DNA from: a virus | Length of the DNA: 64,000 nucleotides | Reading direction: 5' to 3' (one strand) | IMG/VR virus record: IMGVR_UViG_3300025141_000060 | Location: 10,991-74,990 of that record | In this document: positions 1 to 10,285 of the stretch, piece by piece | How positions within the stretch are numbered: position 1 is the stretch's first letter | Layout of the letters: each line of letters opens with the position of its first letter | Program-made: the position numbers and the translations under genes | The notes under the pieces: generated by a model | Databases searched by the model: none | Seen by the model: only the letters and a program-made list of their open reading frames with translations | What the model was told of the DNA's origin: nothing

Positions 1-47
1 TCTTCAAGAATGCTTTGCGCGAACTCAGCGATATCAAGCTCGTTCAT
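1..47 (-). CDS. 5' end of a gene running off the window (MNELDIAEFAQSILE...)
   Basis: ATG at 47 overlaps the TAA of the upstream gene (TAATG); frame stays open to the window edge. Confidence 0.6.
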   Translation of the reverse strand, partial: MNELDIAEFAQSILE

Positions 48-424
48 TACTCGTCTTCTTCTTCTTCTTCGTCCTCTTCGCAGCCCTCGCCGCCCTCATT
101 GAGTTGCTCATAGGCTACATCAAAAACATCAAGCATGCTCATAGCATGCTCCATAAGAGAATCGTCATCTAAGTTGTCAAGAACTACCTGAAGATCATCA
201 AGATCAAAAGTAAGGTCTTCCTCAGCCTGATCCAAACCCTGGGGCTCCTCATATTCATTAGCAACACCCTTTTCGTACTCAGCTACGGTACCAATCTCAC
301 CTTCATTCTCCGAAGACTCATTAACAGTTTCTCTCTTTACAACATTAATTTTTGCTTTTTGCCAGAGGGAACTCTCAAGGATTGCGTCAACAAAATCCTT
401 GTCTACATTTTCATTAAAATTCAT
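47..424 (-). CDS. Highly acidic hypothetical protein, possibly prohead core/scaffold-like
   Basis: 125 aa, Glu/Asp-rich, GGAG RBS upstream. Confidence 0.6.
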   Translation of the reverse strand: MNFNENVDKDFVDAILESSLWQKAKINVVKRETVNESSENEGEIGTVAEYEKGVANEYEEPQGLDQAEEDLTFDLDDLQVVLDNLDDDSLMEHAMSMLDVFDVAYEQLNEGGEGCEEDEEEEEDE

Positions 425-520
425 ATTTATTCTCCATAAATCATAATAAGGGCGAAAACCCTCTACGAGTATGTACTGACTTACAGTGCTTTATAGCAAA
501 AAAAAATCTTTTTGCAGAGA

Positions 521-3500
521 TCAGGCTGTCGGGTTAAATCCTCCTGGGTCTGGGGGGCCTCCAGGAGATGGTGTTGGAGTAGATATAGGAGCCCTCTTAG
601 CGGATATTTTAGGAGCTTCAGCATTGTCAAGCAACAAAACAGGGGAGGCATTACTAATATTTGAAATTTCTTTTACGGGAACAAAATAAGTTTCATTTAC
701 CGTTTTATCCTCAGTTATTAAATTCTGTGCGAGCCTTGCTCGAAAAAAGTACCCCACTTCTTGATCAAAACCAAAAGACCGATAAGTACTTGGCTCTAAC
801 CTAGAGTATAAATCATAAATAGTTATTGAATCTCTACTTGTTAGTGAGTAGACTGTTTTTATTTTATTTATTTCAGCCAAAGCTTTTCCTGTAGGCAACA
901 CCTTCCTAGGCAAGGATTCAGTCCCCTCTGTATATTTTTTAATAGCATTAACTGCCGTAGTATCAAAAACATACTTCACCTTCTCCTGATAAATAATATT
1001 ATTCTCAATATCTAAATCAAAATTAATGCTATCTGTAGACGTATACTCTGTCTTTAAATACACAGGCTTAAAGTCCTGGTTTTTATTTTTTCTTGTAAAA
1101 GGGGATACTCTTAATGTAGCTCGTCTAGTATTAAAAGCAACTAGTTTGGATCTTTTGTGAGAGAAAACATTCTCAGTCCTATCGCTAGGAATAATCAAAA
1201 TATGCTGCGGCAACTGTCGAATTAAAATAAGATTGTCTGGTGTATTAGAAAAATTATTTAACGTGAGATCTTTCCAAGTTAAGGTTCCTGTTTTTGTTTT
1301 CTCTAGGTGATTAAACAACATATCATCATGTCGTAAATAAACAACCATATTAGGGAACGCATTGTTTTTAACGTACTCATCTATCCCAGTAGTGGTGTAG
1401 TCATACACAGCCTTAGTTTTTCTACTAAACAGCGTATCTCCGTTTGAAACTCCATTAGGCAAATCTTCAATCGTATCCTTGTTTAATTTGAGAAAATAAT
1501 AATCTGCTCTGGCGCTAGTTGTGTCAACATTATATTCCACCAAATCTGAGATATCGGAACTACAGTCTAACCTCATATGGAAATCTTCACCAGCTAAGAC
1601 TGAAGCCTGGGATATCACCTCTGGCCCTAATACTTTTGCTTTTTCTAAATCAGAATGCACTGTTAAGCGATCATCCCCACCGACAGTATCTGCTAAAAAG
1701 AAATCCCCGTTCTGCATCTCTAAAGTATGAGAAGTTCCAGTTGAATCAAAAACAGTTATTTTGTCGCTATTTGGGATATAAACAGGCGTATCTACTCCTT
1801 CGGATGTAGAAAATATAATATTTTTATTGAGGTCTTCTGAGAGAGGCTTCCAATTAATTAATTTATTTTTAAGAACAACTCCGTAATCGTTTGGGTTTAT
1901 AGATACGCAATTCTGAAGTATGAGGTTGAGTGCATTATAATTATCAACACCTAGTTTATTCGTTTTTTCTATTGAAGTAGTACTTAAATCTTCTTGTGAC
2001 AAAGCTACAAAATCTTCTTCAGAAAAGTATATCTCATTCCTGATTAATCCTTGAGCCATACTTGAAATAAAAGCATTTTCTAGAGGAGCCCCAGCTAAAG
2101 ACAGCTTACCCTCTAAAGAGGTTTTTATATTATCGCTTAAACTATTTTTTAATTTTTTATGGGTAAAAGCGCTGTATAAATAATCAGAATCTTCACTTCC
2201 TGCATTAACATCTAAAATACCCTTAACTGTCTCATCAACTACTGTTCCAAAAATTGATTTCTTAACAAAAGGTAACCCTAAAGATTTGATTTGTTTTGAT
2301 GCACTATAAAAAGTATAATTAGGATTGGTAATTCCATTACTGTAAGTAATAGTTTGTCTTTTTCTTGCCTCTGCTTGGGGAGATATTTCTACAGGAACAC
2401 TCCTATGATATGCTCGTTTTCCTGGAGCCTCTAAAGATACAAAGGTTCTTCGTGAAGAAGTTACAGGTTGTTTACTGCTAAGGCTTTTAGGTACTTTAAT
2501 TTTAGTACCCGCAAGACCATTAGTTATGGTCGTAAAATTCTCAGGACTTCCACCAGCCCCACCAGATAATAAGACGGTTAATGTATATGTGTGGACCCCG
2601 CCTCCTCCATCACCGACCTGTATATCAACAGCTACAGGGTTTGTCCCAGTATCAAAAGAATTCTCCAAAGGTCTGAAAATAATATTTCCTGTACTATTAT
2701 CTGATTCAACACCATTATACGAATATCCGGTCCAGCCATAAGTTTCAGACCCGCCATCATAAGTAGGAGGATTTCCTTTACTATCACGAACCCAAATATG
2801 CTCAACCTCCGAACCAGCAGGCCAATCCGTAGGTTGAAGAGTATAAATAGATTCTAAACTAGAATCATTAGTAGTTATTGTGACTGCCTCCCCCTCATCG
2901 TATCCAGGATTACCCCCAACAAAATCAACTAGATCTAGTGGGATTCCAATCTGAATTTGATCAAGATCCCCAGAAAAACCAGGCTTAGGAGCTATAGGAA
3001 TTCTCAACCCCAACTGAGGGCTTGACGGACCAATTCCTTCCAAATCTATAATCGTTGATCTAGCTTGCAGCGTCCCCCCTGGCTGCATATTAAAATTATC
3101 GTCAGTGTATCCCGCATACTCATAAGCAGGAGGAGGTGTTAAAGTTGGGGTGTCCGTTATTTCATAATCCCCCAAAAACCAAGTCTCTGGAGTTAAAGTA
3201 TGTATAACCTCTTTTTCTACTGGAGTATTGTATTGAACTATAAGGTCCCCTTTGTAGGTAATAACAGGCTCTTCAGCTTCAGGGACATCAACATCAACAA
3301 TGGTAGCAGGAACACTAATATATTCTTGTGTTCTATACCACTCATTATACTCATCCCCAGCATCAAAAGGGAAGCTAACAAGCCAAGAGACTTCAAACAG
3401 AGGTGAATTAGGTGATCCAATTAGTAAGCTATCCAATAATCCAGTGTTTGCCGCATAAAAAGACTGTGCTTCGGGCGACGTTGGTATAGTAACCTCTATG

Positions 3501-3967
3501 GTTGGATTATAAACAAAGTTGTCTTCAGAGTCTATCGTTGGGTTATCAAGCCCATAAATACGCGCACTAAAACCGTCAGGGCAATCAGGATGGTTTAATA
3601 AATCCCCTGTAATAGGCATGGATACCTCAGTTATTTCACCCCCTACAGGATTAGTTGGGTCATAAAAAACAATATCAGTATCAGCGGTTGAGATAGGAAT
3701 AGACTCACATATAACAACAATTACAGTAGAACCTGGAGAATCTTCCGCTGGAATAAACACCCTATCAGGAAGGTCAATAAAAGGCTCCCCTGGGTAGGGT
3801 GGTCCCCCTCCCCCATTTCCAGGAGGGGGAATTTTGTCCCCCTCCAATTCGCCACCTGGAACCTCAGGTTGGTCAACAAAAGTAACCCCTGGGGGCAGCC
3901 CCCCAGGAGGCTCTTCATTTCCACCTTCTCCTGGTTGCGCTGTAGTACAATCTGAAAAGCGAACCAT
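521..3967 (-). CDS. Large putative virion structural protein with Pro/Gly-rich termini
   Basis: 1148 aa ORF, AGGAAG upstream, located in the tail-fibre cluster; no family recognised. Confidence 0.6.
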   Translation of the reverse strand: MVRFSDCTTAQPGEGGNEEPPGGLPPGVTFVDQPEVPGGELEGDKIPPPGNGGGGPPYPGEPFIDLPDRVFIPAEDSPGSTVIVVICESIPISTADTDIVFYDPTNPVGGEITEVSMPITGDLLNHPDCPDGFSARIYGLDNPTIDSEDNFVYNPTIEVTIPTSPEAQSFYAANTGLLDSLLIGSPNSPLFEVSWLVSFPFDAGDEYNEWYRTQEYISVPATIVDVDVPEAEEPVITYKGDLIVQYNTPVEKEVIHTLTPETWFLGDYEITDTPTLTPPPAYEYAGYTDDNFNMQPGGTLQARSTIIDLEGIGPSSPQLGLRIPIAPKPGFSGDLDQIQIGIPLDLVDFVGGNPGYDEGEAVTITTNDSSLESIYTLQPTDWPAGSEVEHIWVRDSKGNPPTYDGGSETYGWTGYSYNGVESDNSTGNIIFRPLENSFDTGTNPVAVDIQVGDGGGGVHTYTLTVLLSGGAGGSPENFTTITNGLAGTKIKVPKSLSSKQPVTSSRRTFVSLEAPGKRAYHRSVPVEISPQAEARKRQTITYSNGITNPNYTFYSASKQIKSLGLPFVKKSIFGTVVDETVKGILDVNAGSEDSDYLYSAFTHKKLKNSLSDNIKTSLEGKLSLAGAPLENAFISSMAQGLIRNEIYFSEEDFVALSQEDLSTTSIEKTNKLGVDNYNALNLILQNCVSINPNDYGVVLKNKLINWKPLSEDLNKNIIFSTSEGVDTPVYIPNSDKITVFDSTGTSHTLEMQNGDFFLADTVGGDDRLTVHSDLEKAKVLGPEVISQASVLAGEDFHMRLDCSSDISDLVEYNVDTTSARADYYFLKLNKDTIEDLPNGVSNGDTLFSRKTKAVYDYTTTGIDEYVKNNAFPNMVVYLRHDDMLFNHLEKTKTGTLTWKDLTLNNFSNTPDNLILIRQLPQHILIIPSDRTENVFSHKRSKLVAFNTRRATLRVSPFTRKNKNQDFKPVYLKTEYTSTDSINFDLDIENNIIYQEKVKYVFDTTAVNAIKKYTEGTESLPRKVLPTGKALAEINKIKTVYSLTSRDSITIYDLYSRLEPSTYRSFGFDQEVGYFFRARLAQNLITEDKTVNETYFVPVKEISNISNASPVLLLDNAEAPKISAKRAPISTPTPSPGGPPDPGGFNPTA

Positions 3968-3978
3968 TAGTATCTTCC

Positions 3979-6189
3979 TTACCTAATAGTAGCTTCCGAC
4001 CCGTCTATATTCTGCTCTCGTTTAAGTCTTACACCACCACTAAGCCCAAAATTATTGCTTGTACTAGAACTGGTAGTAACAGTAAAGGCGACAGTTCTTT
4101 TGTGGTCTATGTCCACTATAGTTTTATAACTTAAGTGTCCGTGAACAGTGTCTGAACCACTCGATGATACGTTCGGTTCTCCAATCCTTTCTCCATCAAG
4201 CCGTTGTTCATGAGGAGCAGGAGCTAGTTTTTCGTCCGTATCAGCATCAACCATCTCAATCCAAAAGGTCTTACTTGCATCATGCTGTCTAGTGTCCCAA
4301 ATACTTATGTCTAAGTCCAAGCTGTACCTCCCAGGGATAAGCTCTACCGTGACATCACCATCTGCGGGAGCACTAATAGCCGAAGGGGTTGAATATTCAG
4401 CAAAAGCCTCAGGCCAGTTCTCTACTAAATTACAATTAATATTTTTTGCATCATATAAAGGGCATTTAAATCCCACACCATTCGAATCTGCTACATAATT
4501 GGAACCATCTATATGCACAGTATGTATAGTCGAGGTTAACTGGGGTTTAGGCACAACAGCAAAATTATCTAATTGACCAGTAATATCACCAGCAATGGTA
4601 TTCACATACTTCATAATAAAATCTCTCATAGATTCAAGGCTATTATAAAGTTCGTATTTTCCTGTAGCTGGATTAGCCAAGGATAAAGGTGGGTTAGCAG
4701 CACCTACTCCAGCCCTCTCATTATATGTTAATTCAGCAGTTCTAAGGAAAGGACGGATATCAATAATATCATCTACCGTAATAACAGGACTACCCCTTTT
4801 AACAATTACATAACATAAAGGAAGGACTGTTTGGCCTAAAGTAGTTAAATTAGATTCCGTCGCGTTATCTGCTAAAATAGGAGCTAAGTTCAAAAGATCA
4901 TCAGGTGAAGGAAAATTATTTCCTACGTCTCTACCTTCTCCAAAAGGAGTATTATTAGTCCCTAACTGATCAGAAAGAGGGGATTGAATACTTAAATCTG
5001 CAAACTCAGACAACTGCTGTTGTAGATCATAATATTTATCAGGATTATTCGCTTGGGAATCCCAAGGAGGAGTTCCAATAAAATCAGAATTGTTAATTAT
5101 ATCGTAGGCTATGTCGCCTTGAAAACTCTTAGGGGTGAGGATTGCACCCGCACCCTTAACAACCCCTAAAGTAGGCTTCGTTATCTGCTGAGGTCCTCCT
5201 CCGCTATCTTTAACAATATGGGATGCAGGACTATCCACAGGATGAGAATACATAAATACTAAATCTATTCTAACTTGTGGGTCATACGTATCATTTTTGT
5301 CAATATAATCATAATCTTCAAAAGGAGGAATGATTATTGATAACTGATCAGTAGAGTTAACTACAGAGGTCCTAAAGACCCCCTTCCATCTCCTACAGAA
5401 ATCGACAGATAGTTGCTGAAGGTCAGGGAGGTAAGGTGCTTCGAAAGCGGTATTACTTCTTTGTTGCCATACCGCCGATTTAATTTTTGGCAACATAGAA
5501 AGAGATAAACTTCCAACTGATAAAAAGGTGGGATCTAAAACAGTAGTTAAAGTAAACGGGCCTCCGGGAACACTAGCGGAACTAATTGGTGGATCAGTTA
5601 CAAATAAAGAGGCGTGATGTTGATAATGATCAAATAATCCATTATTATATAATAACTGATTAATTTCAGAACTTACCAGAGCTTGAAATAAAGGATTACT
5701 TAGAACAATCGAAGGTGTTGTATAAACAGGGCTTCGTGCTAAATCTATAGTAGCTACATCCTCAGAAAAAGATGCCCACAAATCTTGGGGGGATGAACTA
5801 TAAGCATCATTTATTCTAGCGGTAAACTTCCCTGGACGAACATATAAAACTCGATCAGAATTGGTTACAAATGGCTGTAAATCAGTAATCTTAGACAGTG
5901 GGATTCCCGTAACATCAGTATCAATCCCCATGATTTGATCTTTCAACCACAAACAGTTCTCATGGATTTGCTTAAGAGGAATATTATCTACTTCATAAAA
6001 GTAAGGATCATTAGCCTTGTAATATCGAGGAGGGTCAGTAAACCTAAAAGGAGAGGATACAAAATCAAATGATGCGTCTATTGAAGCGTTTGTTAAATTA
6101 AGAACATTTGATCCTCCGTCACCCCCTCCGTTTGAGTCATCGCCATAGGCGTTCATAAAAACATTAAAGTTATTCAAATAATTCATCAT
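3979..6189 (-). CDS. Putative tail fibre/structural protein
   Basis: 736 aa, translationally coupled (ATGA overlap); beta-rich C-terminal domain. Confidence 0.55.
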   Translation of the reverse strand: MMNYLNNFNVFMNAYGDDSNGGGDGGSNVLNLTNASIDASFDFVSSPFRFTDPPRYYKANDPYFYEVDNIPLKQIHENCLWLKDQIMGIDTDVTGIPLSKITDLQPFVTNSDRVLYVRPGKFTARINDAYSSSPQDLWASFSEDVATIDLARSPVYTTPSIVLSNPLFQALVSSEINQLLYNNGLFDHYQHHASLFVTDPPISSASVPGGPFTLTTVLDPTFLSVGSLSLSMLPKIKSAVWQQRSNTAFEAPYLPDLQQLSVDFCRRWKGVFRTSVVNSTDQLSIIIPPFEDYDYIDKNDTYDPQVRIDLVFMYSHPVDSPASHIVKDSGGGPQQITKPTLGVVKGAGAILTPKSFQGDIAYDIINNSDFIGTPPWDSQANNPDKYYDLQQQLSEFADLSIQSPLSDQLGTNNTPFGEGRDVGNNFPSPDDLLNLAPILADNATESNLTTLGQTVLPLCYVIVKRGSPVITVDDIIDIRPFLRTAELTYNERAGVGAANPPLSLANPATGKYELYNSLESMRDFIMKYVNTIAGDITGQLDNFAVVPKPQLTSTIHTVHIDGSNYVADSNGVGFKCPLYDAKNINCNLVENWPEAFAEYSTPSAISAPADGDVTVELIPGRYSLDLDISIWDTRQHDASKTFWIEMVDADTDEKLAPAPHEQRLDGERIGEPNVSSSGSDTVHGHLSYKTIVDIDHKRTVAFTVTTSSSTSNNFGLSGGVRLKREQNIDGSEATIR

Positions 6190-9100
6190 ATACTCCTATC
6201 TAAATCGAACATGTTAATTGATTTTAGTCCTGCTCCTTGTCCATATGTAGCCCCACCATTGCCTGGGTTCCCGATTCCACCCCAATGGGTTGTAGATTTA
6301 TAAATAGATACATTAGGTGAGGCTCTTCCTGCGATTGGGGGCGCGGCACAGTTCTTAGCATTTGCAAAAACATCAGCAGCCCCCTCATCCAAATAAACAT
6401 TTGTTCCTCTATTAGGATCTATCACAGAAGAGGGGAAATAATACCCAGATGCTTCGGCTTTTTGCCCTGAATACCCATATCTTGTGGTATAGTGCAAAAG
6501 ACCTAGATTAGTTGAGGTAACATCGTGAATGCCGCTTGGAACCCCAATATTGCCAGAAAGATTATATCCTTGCGCTAAATGCTGCATAGGTCTTGTGTCA
6601 CCTGTTGCAAACTCATCTATTCCTGTATTAGTAGGGGTCGCAGAAACATACCCCACATATCTCAACATAGGATTAACACTGAAGAATAATCTAAAAGGCC
6701 CCTTATTTAAGAAAGATGAGTGTGGGAAATCTTTTACATCACCTGTATACGCTTTATTTATGGCGCTCATTTCTACCGTCATAAAAGCAGATGCGTCATT
6801 GAACCCTAAGCCGTAACGATCACAAACACTAAGGGTTGAGGTGTCTGGTGTAGAGCTTAATGCACCATATGCAATGGCAGATCCATCCCGCCAGTCACGA
6901 AAACCGTGTCCCCCCTCAGAGAGTCCGCTAAGGAAAGTAGATCTAGGCCCGTGATAAGGTGTGGCAGAGGGGGTTGCAGCACTCACGGCTAAATGGGAAG
7001 CATAGAGCTTAGAGGTATCGCCTATATTCCATATCCTAAGTTGGTTACAACCTCCTGCGGTTGAACTTGCATCGAAATAGGTCCCATCAGCTAAAGTATA
7101 TCCCGTTAGGAAGTGAACGCTATTTGCTTTTACTATACTATTCCCAAAAGCTTGTACACACATCCCCCCCGTTGATAAGGTGCTTTGTATGGTAGCCGAA
7201 GCCGAATCAGTAAAAGGATTAGTTAATAGGTAATTATATGCAATTTTACCACCAGTAGCGGGTTGAATAAGCTGGTCATGTTCGGCTGCTGTCATAACAT
7301 CAGAATCTAAATCAACGTCTGCCAAATTAACATCTATATGGTTTGTAGCATAAGATGCTAAAGCGGCGTTAGGATAAAACTGCATAGACCCTGCACTAAC
7401 GAATTTTGCTATATTAGAATCACTAAAATCACTATTAGGAATAGCGCATACTGTATTAGGACTTCCTAAGTTCTCCATAATAAGTTGAGAATTATTCACA
7501 ACCGCAGCACAGGTTTTTCCTGTGGAGTGTAATTCAACAGAGGTATGGTTCCCTTTGTTTAGTAAATTAAACCCAGTAACATCTAAATTTTGATCCAACC
7601 TCTTATGCGGAACAAACTCTACCACTGAATCATTTTCGCCAAGAACACAGGTCCCAAACTGAACAATTGAGGTAGGTCCTCTGAAAGAGACCTTAGAAGA
7701 ATTTTCTGCACAAACCCCTGCTACATTCTCGGAATCTCCAAAGTCTGGGGATCCCACGATGATAGTAGCGCCTTTAACAGTCCCCATGAAATTAACTTGA
7801 GAAGAGTTAGAAGCTTTGAGAGCAGCACCCCTTAAGCCTGAAGTTGTGTTGCTTAAGGAACTAGTATGAATCCTTGCGTGAACCAAATCGGCTTTGGATC
7901 GGTTCACGGAGATAGCAGGTATGGGACCATACAGTTCCCCATGAGAATCGTTAAACCGTAATGCTCCAAATTTATCAGGTATATTAATTGTGGATACATC
8001 TAAATAAGGACTAAACTCACTACTATTATTTAAGTTTAAATGACATCCGTTTCTATGGAAGAATGTTTGTGCCATTCTGTTGGAATCTTTATCCACAGAA
8101 TAATCTCTTCGTACTAAACCGTTATTATATTTTATAACAGAATTGTCTGCTGTTATGCCATTTGTCGTATGATTTTCAACAGTTAATCGGTCAGTCGATA
8201 CATAAGAGTTCTTTAGCTCTACACCTATTTTATTGTTATAAATATCTAGATTTCCACTAACATCAATAACAGAGTTGGTTGCTTTTATACCAACATCATT
8301 ATATGCAACAGCTAAAGTGGCATCATTCATAGTAGTATAGGGTCTACTCTGTCCCCCAACAAAAGTACTATTTTCTAGTAGTATTCCTGTATCATGGTTT
8401 TGAATATTAAAAAAGTAATCACTTCCAGAGGCATAAGTTGGGTCTATCCTTGCATCCACCCTACTATTAATTAGGTGAAGCCCAATAGTCTTTCTACTAT
8501 TCCTAGTTTCTCCAGGGTCATCAGTTCCTACTTCATAATTTCTATTCGCAACAAAACCCCGTGTTAATTTAACGTCTGAGTTAATAAATTTAGCCCCAAC
8601 CTCTTTATTCCGTGTTACAGAACAATTTTCAATATAAGGGCTAGAGTTTACAACTGTAATACCAATATCATTCTTATAAGTACTGTTTTTAAATACAGTC
8701 CCACCACCACTAACACCATCAACACAGAACCCGCGTAAATAAAGAGGCCCAGTGCAATCCTCTATAAGAACAGACGAAACAGAATTAGCGTAAGTAACTC
8801 CTGTCATTTGTCTGTCCCAAGTAGTTGCGGGAGTAGACCTTTGAATTATCGCTTCTGTATCCTGTCTGAAGGATGATACATCTAATGAAGAACAGGAACC
8901 ATCTTTAACGTTATTTGTAGCTCCATAAGAGAAGTTTTCATAATTAAGAAAAGAAAATGTTGCCGATAGCTGGGTATCAGTGTTGAGGAAATTAGCATAG
9001 GAATTCGCTCCCACATCTACAAACCCATAATATAGTCTACTATTGCGACTTCTATTTCCAGCAAAATTAACTGATTGAGCAAAAGTTCTGTTATAATGTT

Positions 9101-9695
9101 GTACAAAAAGGGAAGAACAATTAGCGGAAGTGGATAACGCAGAAGTATTTAAAATAGTAGAACTTAAATCCACAGAGGATAATTCAGTTACATAACCTCT
9201 AGTCCTAGCCGCAGCAACACTTGACGCATTACCTAAGGCAGAAGCATTAACATGGGTAACTCCATTCCCTCTTCCCGAATAGATTTTAGCAAAACCTCTA
9301 TTAATAATCTCTAAAACACCCGCACCTTCAACCCTGATATCCTTTAATTTTAAACCACCTAAATGACCACTAGCAGCAACTTCAATAAGGGTAGGGGTCC
9401 TAATTACCTGAGGAAGAGAGTCCACAGCATCCTGTAAATTTGTGAAAATATTGCGGTTATTAGGGTCAGCAGTCCCTGAAACAACTAAAGGCATTCCGTT
9501 TAAGGAAGAGGTAAAGTATCCTGTAGCTTTTTCCCAAAGGCCAAAAGTCCTTTCCTCTAGATCGTAGATAGGCTGATTGTCTTGTTCCCAATTGTAAAAA
9601 GATTGGCTATCAAACTTTGTAACAAAGGGGTTAAAATATTTGTATAGTTCTGTTCCCGCTGAAGCAGAGTAAAGGTCATTTTGATTAAAAGGCAT
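6186..9695 (-). CDS. Tail spike-like protein with a right-handed beta-helix (pectin-lyase-like) region
   Basis: Repeating N-x-x-G-I-x-L-x-N-S turns (NDIGITVVNSS, HDTGILLENST, NDVGIKATNSV, NKIGVELKNSY); 'FTNLQDAVDSLP' entry motif. Confidence 0.65.
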   Translation of the reverse strand: MPFNQNDLYSASAGTELYKYFNPFVTKFDSQSFYNWEQDNQPIYDLEERTFGLWEKATGYFTSSLNGMPLVVSGTADPNNRNIFTNLQDAVDSLPQVIRTPTLIEVAASGHLGGLKLKDIRVEGAGVLEIINRGFAKIYSGRGNGVTHVNASALGNASSVAAARTRGYVTELSSVDLSSTILNTSALSTSANCSSLFVQHYNRTFAQSVNFAGNRSRNSRLYYGFVDVGANSYANFLNTDTQLSATFSFLNYENFSYGATNNVKDGSCSSLDVSSFRQDTEAIIQRSTPATTWDRQMTGVTYANSVSSVLIEDCTGPLYLRGFCVDGVSGGGTVFKNSTYKNDIGITVVNSSPYIENCSVTRNKEVGAKFINSDVKLTRGFVANRNYEVGTDDPGETRNSRKTIGLHLINSRVDARIDPTYASGSDYFFNIQNHDTGILLENSTFVGGQSRPYTTMNDATLAVAYNDVGIKATNSVIDVSGNLDIYNNKIGVELKNSYVSTDRLTVENHTTNGITADNSVIKYNNGLVRRDYSVDKDSNRMAQTFFHRNGCHLNLNNSSEFSPYLDVSTINIPDKFGALRFNDSHGELYGPIPAISVNRSKADLVHARIHTSSLSNTTSGLRGAALKASNSSQVNFMGTVKGATIIVGSPDFGDSENVAGVCAENSSKVSFRGPTSIVQFGTCVLGENDSVVEFVPHKRLDQNLDVTGFNLLNKGNHTSVELHSTGKTCAAVVNNSQLIMENLGSPNTVCAIPNSDFSDSNIAKFVSAGSMQFYPNAALASYATNHIDVNLADVDLDSDVMTAAEHDQLIQPATGGKIAYNYLLTNPFTDSASATIQSTLSTGGMCVQAFGNSIVKANSVHFLTGYTLADGTYFDASSTAGGCNQLRIWNIGDTSKLYASHLAVSAATPSATPYHGPRSTFLSGLSEGGHGFRDWRDGSAIAYGALSSTPDTSTLSVCDRYGLGFNDASAFMTVEMSAINKAYTGDVKDFPHSSFLNKGPFRLFFSVNPMLRYVGYVSATPTNTGIDEFATGDTRPMQHLAQGYNLSGNIGVPSGIHDVTSTNLGLLHYTTRYGYSGQKAEASGYYFPSSVIDPNRGTNVYLDEGAADVFANAKNCAAPPIAGRASPNVSIYKSTTHWGGIGNPGNGGATYGQGAGLKSINMFDLDRSI

Positions 9696-9697
9696 GT

Positions 9698-10285
9698 TTA
9701 GAAATTAATAGTCCACTTAAATAAAAGTGCAAAGTTGCTAGTTTTTTTCAAACCAGTAAAAGGTCGATAAGCTACCAAAATTGGTGCTATAGGTGATACT
9801 CCTCTAGGGTTTCTCAAAAACAACCCAATCTCATCTAGATTAGTATCCAAACCATTAGCTGTATATCTATCTAAAATTAAATTAAATCTAACAGAAGTAG
9901 GGGCTACTTTTTGAATATTAGAAAAGGGGATTCTCACAAAACCCTCAGTGCTTGCTTTGATATCCCTATTTTGTATAGGCATAAGATCTTCAAGTAAAAC
10001 CTCACTGCCAGCGGTTAGATATTCAGAGGTAGCTCCTCCTGTTAAAGGGGTATTAAGCTTATAGCTAGAAGTTCCATAATTGTCAGTATCGCCGCCAGTA
10101 CCTACTTGAAAATTCAAAATTTGAAAATCAGAGATTGCTCCTGCTCCAGAACCCGCAAAAAGGTGTGAAAGACCTACCCCCATCCCAGAAGTAATTACAT
10201 TTTTTTCCGAGAAATGGACTTCCTCAGTCCCATCCTCAAATACTTTTACAACTTCTAAATATCCTTTTGGTTTAAATTTTTCCAT
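9698..10285 (-). CDS. Tail fibre attachment/collar-type domain protein
   Basis: KG.LE...N.IT.G, EIGLF, LVAYR, K..NF.L...W.I.F pattern of myovirus fibre N-terminal domains. Confidence 0.6.
   Translation of the reverse strand: MEKFKPKGYLEVVKVFEDGTEEVHFSEKNVITSGMGVGLSHLFAGSGAGAISDFQILNFQVGTGGDTDNYGTSSYKLNTPLTGGATSEYLTAGSEVLLEDLMPIQNRDIKASTEGFVRIPFSNIQKVAPTSVRFNLILDRYTANGLDTNLDEIGLFLRNPRGVSPIAPILVAYRPFTGLKKTSNFALLFKWTINF

Noticed and set aside
449-462. Small hairpin AGGGTTTTCGCCCT (minus) as a terminator
   Set aside because: Short stem with no good U-tract; function cannot be assigned.
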